From the IMG/VR virus record IMGVR_UViG_3300034064_000176, positions 1 through 58,639 of that record: a stretch of DNA of 58,639 nucleotides; one strand, given 5' to 3'. The stretch is from a virus. Taxonomy: Duplodnaviria; Caudoviricetes. Of this stretch, positions 19,215 to 29,561 are shown in pieces (the stretch's first letter is position 1; every line of letters starts with the position of its first letter). The notes below the pieces were generated by a model, which was given only the letters and a program-made list of their open reading frames with translations, had not been told where the DNA came from and did not search any database. Position numbers and translations under genes: made by a program.

Positions 19215-19543
19215 TGCCTAGATTCCTTGACACTCATGGTAATACGGTGCTGTCGATCGCAATATGCGGTCGGTGCAGCATGAAGAGGGCTTACGTCCAG
19301 CTTTCTTCGGACCCGAATTACCCTGGGCTGATGGTTTGCGATCAGGGGTGCAAGGATCAATTCGATCCCTATCGACTTCCCGCCCGACAAACTGAGAGAA
19401 TTACACTTCGGTGGCCGCGTCCTGATACGCCACTAACCGTAGTTGATGATGCGCTGATCACCAATCCGTATAACACCTCGATCATTTCGCCCGAGCAGGC
19501 GAATGTCCCGGTAAACGGTAACATCGACGGCCTGGAAGACTGA
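19214..19543 (+). CDS. Conserved Cys-containing structural-region protein
   Basis: CGRC..VCDQGCKD.FDP..RPD. Confidence 0.7.
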   Translation: MPRFLDTHGNTVLSIAICGRCSMKRAYVQLSSDPNYPGLMVCDQGCKDQFDPYRLPARQTERITLRWPRPDTPLTVVDDALITNPYNTSIISPEQANVPVNGNIDGLED

Positions 19544-19544
19544 T

Positions 19545-21584
19545 ATGCCCAATTTGCGAATCTCTGAACTGCCAACGGGTAGTGCCATAACGGGCACGGA
19601 ACTGGTTCCTGTCAGCCAAAACGGCACGACCATACAGACGACGACCGCGGCGATTGCAGGTTCTATTAGCCTTAATTACCCGTTCCTGACGGTTGGCAAC
19701 CAACCTTTGCTTACCTTAAGTCGTCAGATCGGCGTGAGTTCCGGCTTAAGCATTACTGACGGTGGTGCCCAAGGGACGTTGCAGATCAGCCCTTCGGGCG
19801 CTCTAGCCTCTTTGGTAAGTGCTAGTAATGGAGTCCTTACTAAGTCGGGCACGACGATTACAGCGAGGTCAATTGCGACCTCTGGAAGTGGTTTGAGTAT
19901 TGCCGATGGCGATGGTGTTGCGGCAAACCCAACCCTTTCATTGGCGGGTTATGTTGCTCAGGTTGCTGGGCTGTCTTCTGGGACCGGTCTTGTAAGCAGG
20001 TCTTCTGGTGGCGGCGCTACGCTGCTAACGATTACGGGAACCGCAAGCGAGATTGATGTAGCAAGCGGCGATGGAAGCTCAGGCAATCCTGTTGTCAGCA
20101 TCGCTGATAATCCAGCCCTTCCAGGTGTTGAGGGTGTCATATTGCCGTCCGGCGCAACAGGCGATCGTTCTGTCTCTCCGACCAATGGAACGATGCGCTA
20201 TAACACCACCACTCAAAACTTTGAAGGCTATGCCAATGGGGCTTGGGGCGCGATCGCTGCCGGTTCCGGCGTTACCTCAATTACTTCGGGTCTTGGCATC
20301 TCGCTATCGCCATCAACGATTACGTCAACTGGATCGGTGGGTATCGACACTTCGGTGGTCGCAACCCTAACAGACACCCAAACGCTGACCAACAAAACCA
20401 TCAGCGGTTCGAGCAATACGCTTAGCAATATCGGTAACGCTAGTCTCACCAATAGCTCGTTGACTTACAACGGCGTTACAGTTTCGCTAGGCGGCGCTGG
20501 CACTATTACCGCCGCTAATCCAAATGCGCTCACCGTAGGTACGGGTTTGCAGCTTGATTCCGGGACGACTTACGACGGCTCCTCCGCAAGAACGATCAGC
20601 ATCGATTCTACGGTCGCAACGCTCACCGGATCGCAAACGCTGACGAACAAAACGATTAGCGGATCAAGCAATACGTTGACGAATATCGGCAACGCCAGCC
20701 TGACCAATTCATCGCTCACAATTGGCACGACAACTATATCACTGGGTGCTACAAGCCTTACGCTTGCCGGTCTTACTTCAGTCGCCGTAACTGGCGACCC
20801 AACATCGGCACTTCAGCTTGCAACAAAACAATATGTTGATGCGGTTGCTGAGGGGCTCCATGTTCACGCCAGTTGCGCAGCAGCAACGACAGGAACGCTT
20901 GCGTCAATTACCGGTGGATCGGTTACTTATAACAACGGAACCTCGGGTGTCGGTGCGACGCTGACCCTTGGCGTGGCACTGACCACGCTTGATGGTTACA
21001 CCCTGCTTAATACCAATCGGATCTTGGTTAAGAACGAAACCAATCAGGCTCATAACGGTATTTATACCTGGGCAACTGGTGGCACGGTTCTAACCAGGGC
21101 GACTGATTTTGATACGCCCACTGAGATTGCGTCCGGCGATTTTACTTTTGTATCTAACGGTACCCTGTACGCCAATACGGGCTGGGTCCAAACCCAGCCT
21201 TGTGACGTTGTTGGTACTGACCCAATCATTTGGCAGCAATTTTCTGGCTCCGGCGCTTACACCGCCGGGACCGGATTGACATTGACCGGCACTCAGTTTT
21301 CTATTACAAACACGGGTGTCAGCGCTGCGACTTATGGGTCTGCTTCTCAGGTTCCAGTTTTTGCCGTTAACGCTCAGGGCCAGATTACAAGCGTCACAAA
21401 CACCGCTATCGCGATCTCTTCAAGCGCCGTTTCTGGTTTGGGTACTATGGCTACGCAAAACGCGAGTAGCGTAGCGATTACAGGCGGAACGATTAACGGC
21501 ACTACGATTGGCGGAACAACGGCCGCTGCCGGAACTTTTACAACGCTAACAGCAACAACAGGCATCTACGGAGGTGCATTCTAA
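19545..21584 (+). CDS. Tail fibre protein
   Basis: Ser/Thr/Gly-rich; TQTLTNKT repeats, ATKQYVD, RILVKN.T....NGIY..LTRATD, VNAQGQITS; ends GGAF. Confidence 0.8.
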   Translation: MPNLRISELPTGSAITGTELVPVSQNGTTIQTTTAAIAGSISLNYPFLTVGNQPLLTLSRQIGVSSGLSITDGGAQGTLQISPSGALASLVSASNGVLTKSGTTITARSIATSGSGLSIADGDGVAANPTLSLAGYVAQVAGLSSGTGLVSRSSGGGATLLTITGTASEIDVASGDGSSGNPVVSIADNPALPGVEGVILPSGATGDRSVSPTNGTMRYNTTTQNFEGYANGAWGAIAAGSGVTSITSGLGISLSPSTITSTGSVGIDTSVVATLTDTQTLTNKTISGSSNTLSNIGNASLTNSSLTYNGVTVSLGGAGTITAANPNALTVGTGLQLDSGTTYDGSSARTISIDSTVATLTGSQTLTNKTISGSSNTLTNIGNASLTNSSLTIGTTTISLGATSLTLAGLTSVAVTGDPTSALQLATKQYVDAVAEGLHVHASCAAATTGTLASITGGSVTYNNGTSGVGATLTLGVALTTLDGYTLLNTNRILVKNETNQAHNGIYTWATGGTVLTRATDFDTPTEIASGDFTFVSNGTLYANTGWVQTQPCDVVGTDPIIWQQFSGSGAYTAGTGLTLTGTQFSITNTGVSAATYGSASQVPVFAVNAQGQITSVTNTAIAISSSAVSGLGTMATQNASSVAITGGTINGTTIGGTTAAAGTFTTLTATTGIYGGAF

Positions 21585-22112
21585 ATGGCACAGACTGGCT
21601 ATACGCCCATTCTCATTTACGGAAGCAGCACCGCTTCGGCGACTCCGTCCGCTTCAAATCTAACCTCTTCCGCTAACGGTGCCGAGCTTGCGCTGAATTA
21701 CACAGACGGCAAGCTTTACTATAAAGACAATACCGGTACCGTTCAGTTGCTTGCAAGTAAGGCCGGTGCATCAGGAAGCGTTACGTCGGTTGCCCAAACC
21801 TTCACGGGCGGCATTATTTCAGTGGCTGGCTCTCCAATCACCACGAGCGGAACGCTTGCCCTGACAGTGGCGGGAACCTCGGGTGGGGTTCCTTATTTCT
21901 CGAGCGCGTCAGCCTGGGCGTCTTCGGGTGCTTTGACGCAATACGGCGTTGTCTTAGGTGGTGGCGCAGGTGCTGCACCTACATCAACCTCTGCCGGTAC
22001 TTCTGGGCAGGTTTTGACTTCAAATGGCTCAGGTTCGCCTCCTACGTTTCAAACGGCTTCAGGTATTTCCACTGGCAAAGCAATCGCTATGGCGATGATT
22101 TTCGGGTTCTAA
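21585..22112 (+). CDS. Tail fibre-associated protein
   Basis: GAELALNYTDGKLYYKD N-module; GTSGQVLTSNG; ends TGKAIAMAMIFGF. Confidence 0.7.
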   Translation: MAQTGYTPILIYGSSTASATPSASNLTSSANGAELALNYTDGKLYYKDNTGTVQLLASKAGASGSVTSVAQTFTGGIISVAGSPITTSGTLALTVAGTSGGVPYFSSASAWASSGALTQYGVVLGGGAGAAPTSTSAGTSGQVLTSNGSGSPPTFQTASGISTGKAIAMAMIFGF

Positions 22113-22122
22113 GGAATAGATC

Positions 22123-22497
22123 ATGGCAAATCCAAATATTGTAGCGGTCACAGCGATCTACGGTAATTCATCGCAGGTTTCGTTATCGACCACAAGTGCT
22201 ACCAGTCTTGTAAGCAATGCTGCGTCATCGGGCAAGGTCTTCAAGATCAATTCGATTGTGGTGGCTAACGTGGATGGCACGACGGCTGCTGACATCACGA
22301 TCAACATTTACAGCCAAGCTGCATTAGGCGGTACGGCCTACCCGATTGCTTCGACAATCTCGGTGCCTGCTGATGCGACGTTGATTGTGACTGACAAGAC
22401 CACATCGTTCTACCTGCTGGAAAATCAGTCGATTGGTGCAACCGCAGGATCGGCAAGTGATCTGGTTGTGACGACAAGCTGGGAAGAAATCAACTAA
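22123..22497 (+). CDS. Tail fibre adaptor-like protein
   Basis: MANPNIV..SIVVANVDG..ISVPADATL..SWEEI. Confidence 0.65.
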   Translation: MANPNIVAVTAIYGNSSQVSLSTTSATSLVSNAASSGKVFKINSIVVANVDGTTAADITINIYSQAALGGTAYPIASTISVPADATLIVTDKTTSFYLLENQSIGATAGSASDLVVTTSWEEIN

Positions 22498-22507
22498 GGG
22501 CTTTGCC

Positions 22508-25012
22508 ATGCCTATCCACGGTTACCCCGGTGGGGTCATTAGTGCTACGCCGCCGACTGTCGATAACACGACAGCGTCAGGCATTTGGACGACTGAGAAG
22601 CAGTTGCAGTATCAGGCCCAAGGTCTTTGGCCTCCCGCTGTCGCCCAGCCCATCTCACGCAGCTTGCGGTTTAACCGCGCTGATCAAGCTCATTTGAGTA
22701 GAACGCCGGGGTCAGCAAGCAACAGGAAGACATGGACATGGAGCGGGTGGGTTAAACGAGGGCAAATAACGGCTAATCCATCTCAAAGCATATTCACCGC
22801 TGGATCTTCATCGACGACTGGATTTCAATTTCTTCAAAGCACTGATGCAATTGAACTTTACGATTACAGCGGTGCTTACACCTTTCAGATGGTAACGACG
22901 CCCGTTTATAGGGATGTATCAGCTTGGTACCACATTGTCGTTGCGTTCGATACAACACAAGCGACACAGTCAAACCGCATAAAGTTATATGTAAATGGAG
23001 TCCAAGTTACTAGTTTTTCAACCAGTAGTTACCCGGCTCTGAACGCCGACTATCAAATCAATAACAGCGTCCCAACGTATATCGGTCGGTACGGGGGCGG
23101 CGCTGGGTATGAAATAGACGGCTACATGACCGAAATCAACTTCATCGACGGTCAGCAGCTAACGCCATCTTCCTTCGGCCAAACCAACTCAAACACTGGT
23201 GTTTGGGAGCCTAAAGCCTTTAGCGGCACTTATGGCACCAATGGCTTCTATGTGAACTTCAGCGATAACAGCGGCACGACCAGCACGACGCTGGGCAAGG
23301 ACTACTCAGGCAACAGCAACAACTGGACGCCCAACAATTTCAGCGTGACTGCTGGTGTCGGCAATGACAGCTTGGTGGATAGTCCGACAAGCTATGGCTC
23401 AGACACGGGCGCGGGTGGCACGGTGCGTGGCAACTACTGCACTTGGAATTCTTTGTTTACCGGCGGGTCTTCACCAAGCGCAAGAAATGGCAACTTAGAC
23501 TTCAAAAGCAGTTCATCTGGATGGAATGGCATAGGCCCAACGATAGGCGTGTCTTCTGGCAAGTGGTATTGGGAAGTGACGGTCGTAAGTGGCGACAATG
23601 GCTATGATGAAAAAACGCGTATTGGTATTCAAAACCTTGCAAGTACGATAAATCAGTTTGGCGAAGGGTCTGGTAATTACCAATACGAAAGTGCATCAGG
23701 ACAGTTTTGGAACGGTAGTTCCTACGGTGCTTATGGATCGACATATACAAATAACGATGTCGTAGGTATTGCACTAGATATGGACGCCGGTACGCTTGTG
23801 TTTTATAAGAACAATGTTTCCCAAGGCACGGCAAAGACAGGTATTACTGGAACATGGGGTCCGTTTGTAGCACTTTCTTCAAACCCTCTTATTGCTGCCA
23901 ACTTCGGCCAACGCGCCTTCGCCTACACCGCACCATCCGGCTTCAAAGCACTCTGCACACAAAACCTATCAACCCCAACAGTAGCGCAGGGGGATGATTA
24001 CTTCAACACGGTGCTGTGGACGGGAACAGGCGCAACTCAAAGCATTACTGGAGTTGGGTTTGAAACGGACTTTGTATGGATTAAATGCAGAAGCGTAGGA
24101 TATAGCCACAATTTGCTGGATAGGTTGCGCGGCATTACAAATGCACGTTTGTTCTCAAATCTGACTGACGCAGAAAATACAGGCACCACTTATATCAATT
24201 CAACCAACAGTGATGGATTTCAGCTTGCCGTAGGTGACAACGGCTCTAATGGTACAGGCGCTACTTACGTCGCTTGGAACTGGAAAGCCAACGGCGCAGG
24301 CTCATCCAACACCGCAGGGTCGGTTACCAGCACGGTGAGTGCGAATACAACCGCTGGATTCAGCATCGTGACGTTCACGACCCCATCTTCTAATGGCAAC
24401 TATACAACTGGGCATGGCCTTGGCGTTGCACCAAGCATGATCATTACAAAGTCTAGATCTTCAACGACTCAATGGCCCGTATGGCATATTGGATTAACTG
24501 GTGGTGCATCAAATAAAGACTACAACATTTACTTAAACCTCACGAACGCGCAGTCGTCAGCGACAGATTCATGGGGGAGCGCCGCGCCAAACTCGACAAC
24601 ATTTGGTGTGAATGTAGGTACTCAATGGCTCGGAAGCATCAACATCGTCGCCTACTGCTTCGCCGCAATCCCCGGCTTCTCAGCGTTTGGTCGCTATACC
24701 GGCAATGGTGCGGATGATGGCCCTTTTATTTACACGGGATTTAGAGCCGCATGGATTTTAGTTAAGCGTTCAAGTTCCTCTGGTGAAGGATGGTGGATTT
24801 ACGATAACAAGAGAAGTCCGTATAACATTGCAAATGTCATCTTGTCGCCCGATTCATCTGGTGCAGAAATTTCTGGTGGGACATATCCGATTGATATAAA
24901 TTCAAACGGTTTCAAAATCAGAGGAATTAACGCACTTCTAAATACTTCTGCTGCGACTTACATCTACGCAGCCTTTGCGGAAAACCCCTTCAAATACGCC
25001 CTTGCGAGGTAA
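22508..25012 (+). CDS. Receptor-binding protein with LamG/ConA and SPRY domains
   Basis: SLRFN..WTWSGWVKR..WYHIVV; SGKWYWEV..VGIALD..FYKN; DFVWIKCR. Confidence 0.82.
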   Translation: MPIHGYPGGVISATPPTVDNTTASGIWTTEKQLQYQAQGLWPPAVAQPISRSLRFNRADQAHLSRTPGSASNRKTWTWSGWVKRGQITANPSQSIFTAGSSSTTGFQFLQSTDAIELYDYSGAYTFQMVTTPVYRDVSAWYHIVVAFDTTQATQSNRIKLYVNGVQVTSFSTSSYPALNADYQINNSVPTYIGRYGGGAGYEIDGYMTEINFIDGQQLTPSSFGQTNSNTGVWEPKAFSGTYGTNGFYVNFSDNSGTTSTTLGKDYSGNSNNWTPNNFSVTAGVGNDSLVDSPTSYGSDTGAGGTVRGNYCTWNSLFTGGSSPSARNGNLDFKSSSSGWNGIGPTIGVSSGKWYWEVTVVSGDNGYDEKTRIGIQNLASTINQFGEGSGNYQYESASGQFWNGSSYGAYGSTYTNNDVVGIALDMDAGTLVFYKNNVSQGTAKTGITGTWGPFVALSSNPLIAANFGQRAFAYTAPSGFKALCTQNLSTPTVAQGDDYFNTVLWTGTGATQSITGVGFETDFVWIKCRSVGYSHNLLDRLRGITNARLFSNLTDAENTGTTYINSTNSDGFQLAVGDNGSNGTGATYVAWNWKANGAGSSNTAGSVTSTVSANTTAGFSIVTFTTPSSNGNYTTGHGLGVAPSMIITKSRSSTTQWPVWHIGLTGGASNKDYNIYLNLTNAQSSATDSWGSAAPNSTTFGVNVGTQWLGSINIVAYCFAAIPGFSAFGRYTGNGADDGPFIYTGFRAAWILVKRSSSSGEGWWIYDNKRSPYNIANVILSPDSSGAEISGGTYPIDINSNGFKIRGINALLNTSAATYIYAAFAENPFKYALAR

Positions 25013-25015
25013 GAC

Positions 25016-25627
25016 ATGTACGCCATAGTTCAAAACGGGCAGATCCTGCAAACCATTCGTCCACACACTGCTTTTACGTTTGATGGCAGGGAATATAACG
25101 AACGCTGGACAACGCGCATGTCTGAGCAAGACAAGGCCGCATTAGGCATCATGGAAGTGGCTTACGGCCCCCGGCAAGACGAGCGGTTTTACTGGGTATC
25201 GGATAATCCCCTCACCCTGATTGATGGTGTACCGACGCAGACTTTTAGCGCCATTGAAAAGCTCCTTGAGGACCGTGCTGAGGTGGATGAGCAAGGCAAC
25301 CCATTATTCGTGCAGGTATATGACCCAACGGCCAATGAGGGCCAGGGTGGGATGGTTAACTCTGCCGACCGCCTCATCACGACAGGCTTAAAGACGCAGT
25401 GGATCGCGCAAATCAAGGCCACGGCTAACAGCATGTTATCTGCAAGCGATTGGAAGGTGGTCCGTGCTGCTGAGGGTGTTAAGCCTGTTGATCAAGCCAC
25501 GCTGGATTCCCGCGCAGCCATCAGAGCCTACAGCGATACGCTGGAAGCCAATATCAAAGCAGCCGCAACAATGGAAGCATTTATTGCCGTGGTCACCAAT
25601 CAGCAGTGGCCTGCTGGGGGTCAATAA
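25016..25627 (+). CDS. Tail fibre assembly chaperone-like protein
   Basis: C-terminal L..SDW.V.R..E..R.AIR..WP. Confidence 0.65.
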   Translation: MYAIVQNGQILQTIRPHTAFTFDGREYNERWTTRMSEQDKAALGIMEVAYGPRQDERFYWVSDNPLTLIDGVPTQTFSAIEKLLEDRAEVDEQGNPLFVQVYDPTANEGQGGMVNSADRLITTGLKTQWIAQIKATANSMLSASDWKVVRAAEGVKPVDQATLDSRAAIRAYSDTLEANIKAAATMEAFIAVVTNQQWPAGGQ

Positions 25628-27753
25628 TGGATTATCCCGGTGGCTTCATTACCAAGACAGCACCCACACTGAACCCTGCGCTGGGTAACGCTGCGCCGGG
25701 AGTCTGGCGGCTTAATGACGTACTGAAAAACATCAAGGCCGGGACATGGCCTTCGTACGATCCGTACTTTGAGAACACCACGCTCTTGCTGCACGGCAAC
25801 GGCACCAACGGTGGTCAAAACAATACCTTCCTTGATTCAGGAACGGCTAACAGCGGCTCAGGCTTCACCATCACAAGGAATGGCAATACGACCCAAGGAA
25901 CCTTCAGCCCATTCAGCCAGACGGGGTGGAGTAATTATTTTGGAAGCGGTGGTGCGTCGTATTTGATTGCTAACGCCACCGATACGTCAAAGTTTGCGTT
26001 TGGTACAGGTGATTTCACCATTGAGTTTTGGGTGTATGCAGAGGCTTTAACTGCACCGGATGGACTTGTTACTTTTTATGATCAACGTGCTGCATCGACG
26101 GATGGAGTCTGTCCGACCATTTACTATTATTCAGGCCAATTGCTGGTATATGTTCAGGCGACCAATGTAATTTATGGCAGTTCACTATCCTTAAACCAAT
26201 GGACGCACATTGCACTAAGCCGTGTTTCAGGTAATTCGCGCCTGTTCGTCAACGGGGTTCAAACAGGATCAACGTATTCCGACTCAAACAATTACGTTGC
26301 TCCTTCCAGCAACATTCGAATATTTGCCAACTGCTACGGCGGTTCAAGGTCACCCACTGGATATTGCTCAAATTTTCGTGTTGTTAAAGGCACGGGGCTT
26401 TACTCTGCAAACTTCACGCCACCAACTTCGCCACTGACTGCTATAACCAACACGCAGTTGTTAACCTGTCAGTCAAACCGTTTCGTTGATAACAGCAGCA
26501 ACGCGCTGACGGTTACTCCGTATAACACTTATTCCGTCCAAGCCTTCTCACCGTTTGCACCCACGGCTGTGTACAGCGCATCAACGGTCGGTGGATCTGG
26601 GTACTTTGATGGGACAGGGGATAATTTATCAATCGCCAATAACGCTGCGTTTCAGTTTGGAAGTGGAGATTTCACTGTTGAAGCGTGGGTCTACGCACCA
26701 TCGAACCCTCCCAATATAGGGTCTATTGTTTCTCACTCGGACGGGGCAAGTGCATCCGGAACGCAGTTTTTGGTCAGAACTGAAGGAAGCAACACATCCG
26801 TAGTAGCCGCTGTGTATTCTGGCGGCACGGCTTACGTTGCAACATGGTCATCTGCGTTACCAATTGGTCAGTGGAACCACGTTGCGTTCACCAGATCAGG
26901 AACATCTACTTATCTGTGGGTCAACGGAGTGCAACGTGCCACGGCTAGTGTCGGCAGCGTATCCCTGAATACAACATCAACAGCCCTTACAATTGGCTCA
27001 AACGCAAGCGCGTCTGCTGATAACTGGCTTGGTTATATTTCTGGTACTCGTATAACAAAAGGTGCGGCGCTTTATACTGCTACGTTTACGCCGCCTACCG
27101 CGCCACCAACAACCACTGTATCTAGCGGAACTGTAGGCTTGCTATTGAATTACACCAACGCAGCCATCATCGACAACACCGCCAAAAACGTATTGGAAAC
27201 GGTGGGTAACGCGCAGATCAGTACCAGCGTCAGTAAGTTTGGTGGGGGGTCGATGGCGTTTGATGGGAGCGGGGATTATTTGGTGTCGGCGGCAGGGAAC
27301 ACTTATATCTCAGGAACAGAAAACTTTACTATTGAAGGATGGTTGAATTTAAACAGCATTTCATCCACTCAAACTATTGTTTCTGGTAATACGTCAAATT
27401 CATTGTTTTTGCGATATGGGCAAGGCTATACCGTTACTCAAGGGTTGAACATAGGTCGGCAATCGGTTGCGGACTGCGAGTATTGCGCCTTTACGTTTGC
27501 TACCGGAACTTGGTATCACATTGCGGTTTGCAGATCCAACGGCGTTATTTACTTTTTTGTAAACGGCACTCAGCAAACAACACAAGGTTCTGGTGCAGCT
27601 TCTTATTCGTTTCCAGTTACAACTACGTATAACGTCGGTTTTTATGGTGTTGAGCCGCTTAACGGCTACATCGACGACTTCCGCATCACTAAAGGCATTG
27701 CCCGATACACCAGCAACTTCACGCCACAAACATCTCAATGGCAGGATCAATGA
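25627..27753 (+). CDS. Receptor-binding protein with three LamG/ConA-like domains
   Basis: LLLHGNG; three repeats of FT.E.W..W.H.A..R..NG; GYIDDFRITKG; start at coupled TAATG. Confidence 0.82.
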   Translation: MDYPGGFITKTAPTLNPALGNAAPGVWRLNDVLKNIKAGTWPSYDPYFENTTLLLHGNGTNGGQNNTFLDSGTANSGSGFTITRNGNTTQGTFSPFSQTGWSNYFGSGGASYLIANATDTSKFAFGTGDFTIEFWVYAEALTAPDGLVTFYDQRAASTDGVCPTIYYYSGQLLVYVQATNVIYGSSLSLNQWTHIALSRVSGNSRLFVNGVQTGSTYSDSNNYVAPSSNIRIFANCYGGSRSPTGYCSNFRVVKGTGLYSANFTPPTSPLTAITNTQLLTCQSNRFVDNSSNALTVTPYNTYSVQAFSPFAPTAVYSASTVGGSGYFDGTGDNLSIANNAAFQFGSGDFTVEAWVYAPSNPPNIGSIVSHSDGASASGTQFLVRTEGSNTSVVAAVYSGGTAYVATWSSALPIGQWNHVAFTRSGTSTYLWVNGVQRATASVGSVSLNTTSTALTIGSNASASADNWLGYISGTRITKGAALYTATFTPPTAPPTTTVSSGTVGLLLNYTNAAIIDNTAKNVLETVGNAQISTSVSKFGGGSMAFDGSGDYLVSAAGNTYISGTENFTIEGWLNLNSISSTQTIVSGNTSNSLFLRYGQGYTVTQGLNIGRQSVADCEYCAFTFATGTWYHIAVCRSNGVIYFFVNGTQQTTQGSGAASYSFPVTTTYNVGFYGVEPLNGYIDDFRITKGIARYTSNFTPQTSQWQDQ

Positions 27754-27894
27754 TGACCGTCTTTCCGATCTGTCAGCGGGGCAAGATGTGTGCTGGACCT
27801 GATCCGTTGCACACCCACGGCCTAAAAACCCTCAACGAGAAGGTGCTTAGGCTGGATCAGGCAGGCTTCCAGTTATTCCCCCGCACGGGAAACT

Positions 27895-27940
27895 CCACGG
27901 GACGCAAAAGCGTTTCGTCACAATGACTCATCAGCCGTGG
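27895..27940 (-). ncRNA. Hammerhead ribozyme (type I, stem I open)
   Basis: Minus strand reads CCACGG CUGAUGA GUCA-UUG-UGAC GAAA CGC-UUUU-GCG UC CCGUGG: complete core and three stems; predicted cut between 27901 and 27900. Confidence 0.9.
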
Positions 27941-27968
27941 TAGAAAAGTATAACGCAACAAGGAATCA

Positions 27969-28286
27969 ATGATGCTTTACTCCAAAAACGGATCAATACC
28001 CAAACCGCAAACGGATGGCACGGATGGTTGGATTGAAGTGCCTGAGCCACCCACGGCAGCAGACGGTCAGGAAGTTGTTTGGTGGTTTCCACCGGGATGG
28101 GTTGTCCGTCCTGTAAAGCCTGCGGATGAGGCTGGCTTTGTGTGGAACTGGTCTCAATCCAATGAGGCGTGGATCAAGTCTGAAGCGCCCGACCAAACTG
28201 TTGAACCCCTGCAAACCATTACGCTTGACGCTGCTACAGCGGGGATTGTATTAAGCAGCTTTACCGCTGGCGAAACGATTATTTAG
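27969..28286 (+). CDS. Trp/Pro-rich tail accessory protein
   Basis: AAGGA SD; W.EVP.PP..VVWW..W.W.Q..W. Confidence 0.65.
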   Translation: MMLYSKNGSIPKPQTDGTDGWIEVPEPPTAADGQEVVWWFPPGWVVRPVKPADEAGFVWNWSQSNEAWIKSEAPDQTVEPLQTITLDAATAGIVLSSFTAGETII

Positions 28287-28294
28287 GAGGCTTT

Positions 28295-28456
28295 ATGACC
28301 CTTAACCTACCCATTGACCTTGCCAATCAGATCATTGGCTACCTGGGCACCCGTCCGTACCAAGAAGTGTATCAACTGATTGACGGTATGAAAGAAGCCG
28401 CAAAGCCGCCGGTTACGGGTTTGCATGAGGTTCCACGGGAGCAAGAGGCTGCGTGA
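28295..28456 (+). CDS. Small hypothetical protein (MTLNLPIDLANQIIGYLGTRPYQEV..), 53 aa; not in the ORF track
   Basis: AGGAGG SD; stop overlaps the next start. Confidence 0.8.
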   Translation: MTLNLPIDLANQIIGYLGTRPYQEVYQLIDGMKEAAKPPVTGLHEVPREQEAA

Positions 28457-28653
28457 TGAGTGATGACCTGGACAAGCGCTTATCGGTACATGAAGCGGTT
28501 TGCGCCCAACGCTACGAGAACATCGAGAAACGCCTCGGTGATGGAAGCAAGCGCATGCGTCACATTGAGTGGCTGCTTTACATCACGATTGCGGCGGTCC
28601 TGCTTGGTCCAGGTGTCGCGGCCATGTTCGTTAAAAAGCTCCTGGGCATATGA
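28456..28653 (+). CDS. Single-TM lysis-region protein (holin/XhlA-like)
   Basis: RLSVHEAVCAQRY coiled coil plus C-terminal TM. Confidence 0.6.
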   Translation: MSDDLDKRLSVHEAVCAQRYENIEKRLGDGSKRMRHIEWLLYITIAAVLLGPGVAAMFVKKLLGI

Positions 28654-29078
28654 TGGACGATAAAACCCACGAGTTGGCGGTTCTTAAGGCGCAAGCCAAG
28701 ATCCGGCTTGAAGAACTTAAAGCGCAAGACTCGGCCAAAGAAGTAGCAGGAAAAGCCATTGGCGAAGATGGGCTGCTTTATATCTTCCTGATCGTGCTCG
28801 TGGGTGTCGGTGCATCGTTATTCCTTGAGGGCGAGAAGATCGCCGCTGTAATGGGCCTGCTAGGCGCTTCGTTGACAGCCTTGATCCAAATGCTTAATGG
28901 CATTGCTGGAACCGCGCCAAAGCAGGAAAAACCCGAGTTCGAGGTCATCAAGGACCTTATCACCCGTCTGGACAAGTTGGACCGTGCCGAGCCGCCTATG
29001 CAGGTTGATGTTGAAGGCAGCAAGGTAACAGTCAAGAAGGGTGCCGACATCGTAACTGCTAAGGGTAACCATGTTTGA
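28650..29078 (+). CDS. Two-TM membrane protein
   Basis: Two hydrophobic helices, in the lysis cluster. Confidence 0.65.
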   Translation: MMDDKTHELAVLKAQAKIRLEELKAQDSAKEVAGKAIGEDGLLYIFLIVLVGVGASLFLEGEKIAAVMGLLGASLTALIQMLNGIAGTAPKQEKPEFEVIKDLITRLDKLDRAEPPMQVDVEGSKVTVKKGADIVTAKGNHV

Positions 29079-29559
29079 ACTACTTGGCGGCGGTCTCCTG
29101 GGCTCCATCTTCGGTGGCTTGTTTAGGCTTGCGCCGGAGGTATTGAAGTTCCTGGACAAGAAGAACGAGCGCCAGCACGAGTTATCCATGTTCCAACTCC
29201 AAACCGACCTCGAAAAAATGAGGGGCGAGTTCAAGATGGAGGAAAAGTATGTTGACTACAGCATTCAACAAATGGACACGATCAAGGAGGCATTTAAGGA
29301 GCAGGCTCAGACTGCAAAGGAGGCAGGTTGGCTGGCTTCTTTTGTCACTGCTATCACCCGTCCTGGCCTCACTTGGATTGCTTTTGGGGTTTATGTTGCT
29401 GTTAAAGCTGCTGGCTTAACGATTGCCTTTCAGACCAACGCGAACTGGGCAGAGGTCTTAACCAAGTCCTATGACGAGGATGACTTCGCCATGCTGAACA
29501 TGATGCTTACGTTCTGGTTTGTAGGACGATCGATTGAGAAGTACAACAAAGGTGGATAG
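29071..29559 (+). CDS. Putative holin (3TM-like)
   Basis: N-terminal hydrophobic helix, RP.LT, FWFVGRS C-terminus; near the endolysin. Confidence 0.65.
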   Translation: MFELLGGGLLGSIFGGLFRLAPEVLKFLDKKNERQHELSMFQLQTDLEKMRGEFKMEEKYVDYSIQQMDTIKEAFKEQAQTAKEAGWLASFVTAITRPGLTWIAFGVYVAVKAAGLTIAFQTNANWAEVLTKSYDEDDFAMLNMMLTFWFVGRSIEKYNKGG

Positions 29560-29561
29560 TC

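Noticed and set aside
22508-27753. Diversity-generating retroelement targeting the lectin genes
   Set aside because: No reverse transcriptase and no near-identical template/variable repeat pair seen.
27794-27862. Canonical tRNA gene
   Set aside because: No D-arm, anticodon arm or TTCG T-loop; kept only as a tRNA-like candidate.
27738-27926. 62-aa plus-strand ORF
   Set aside because: No SD or recognisable motif; the region is better explained by minus-strand RNA structure.
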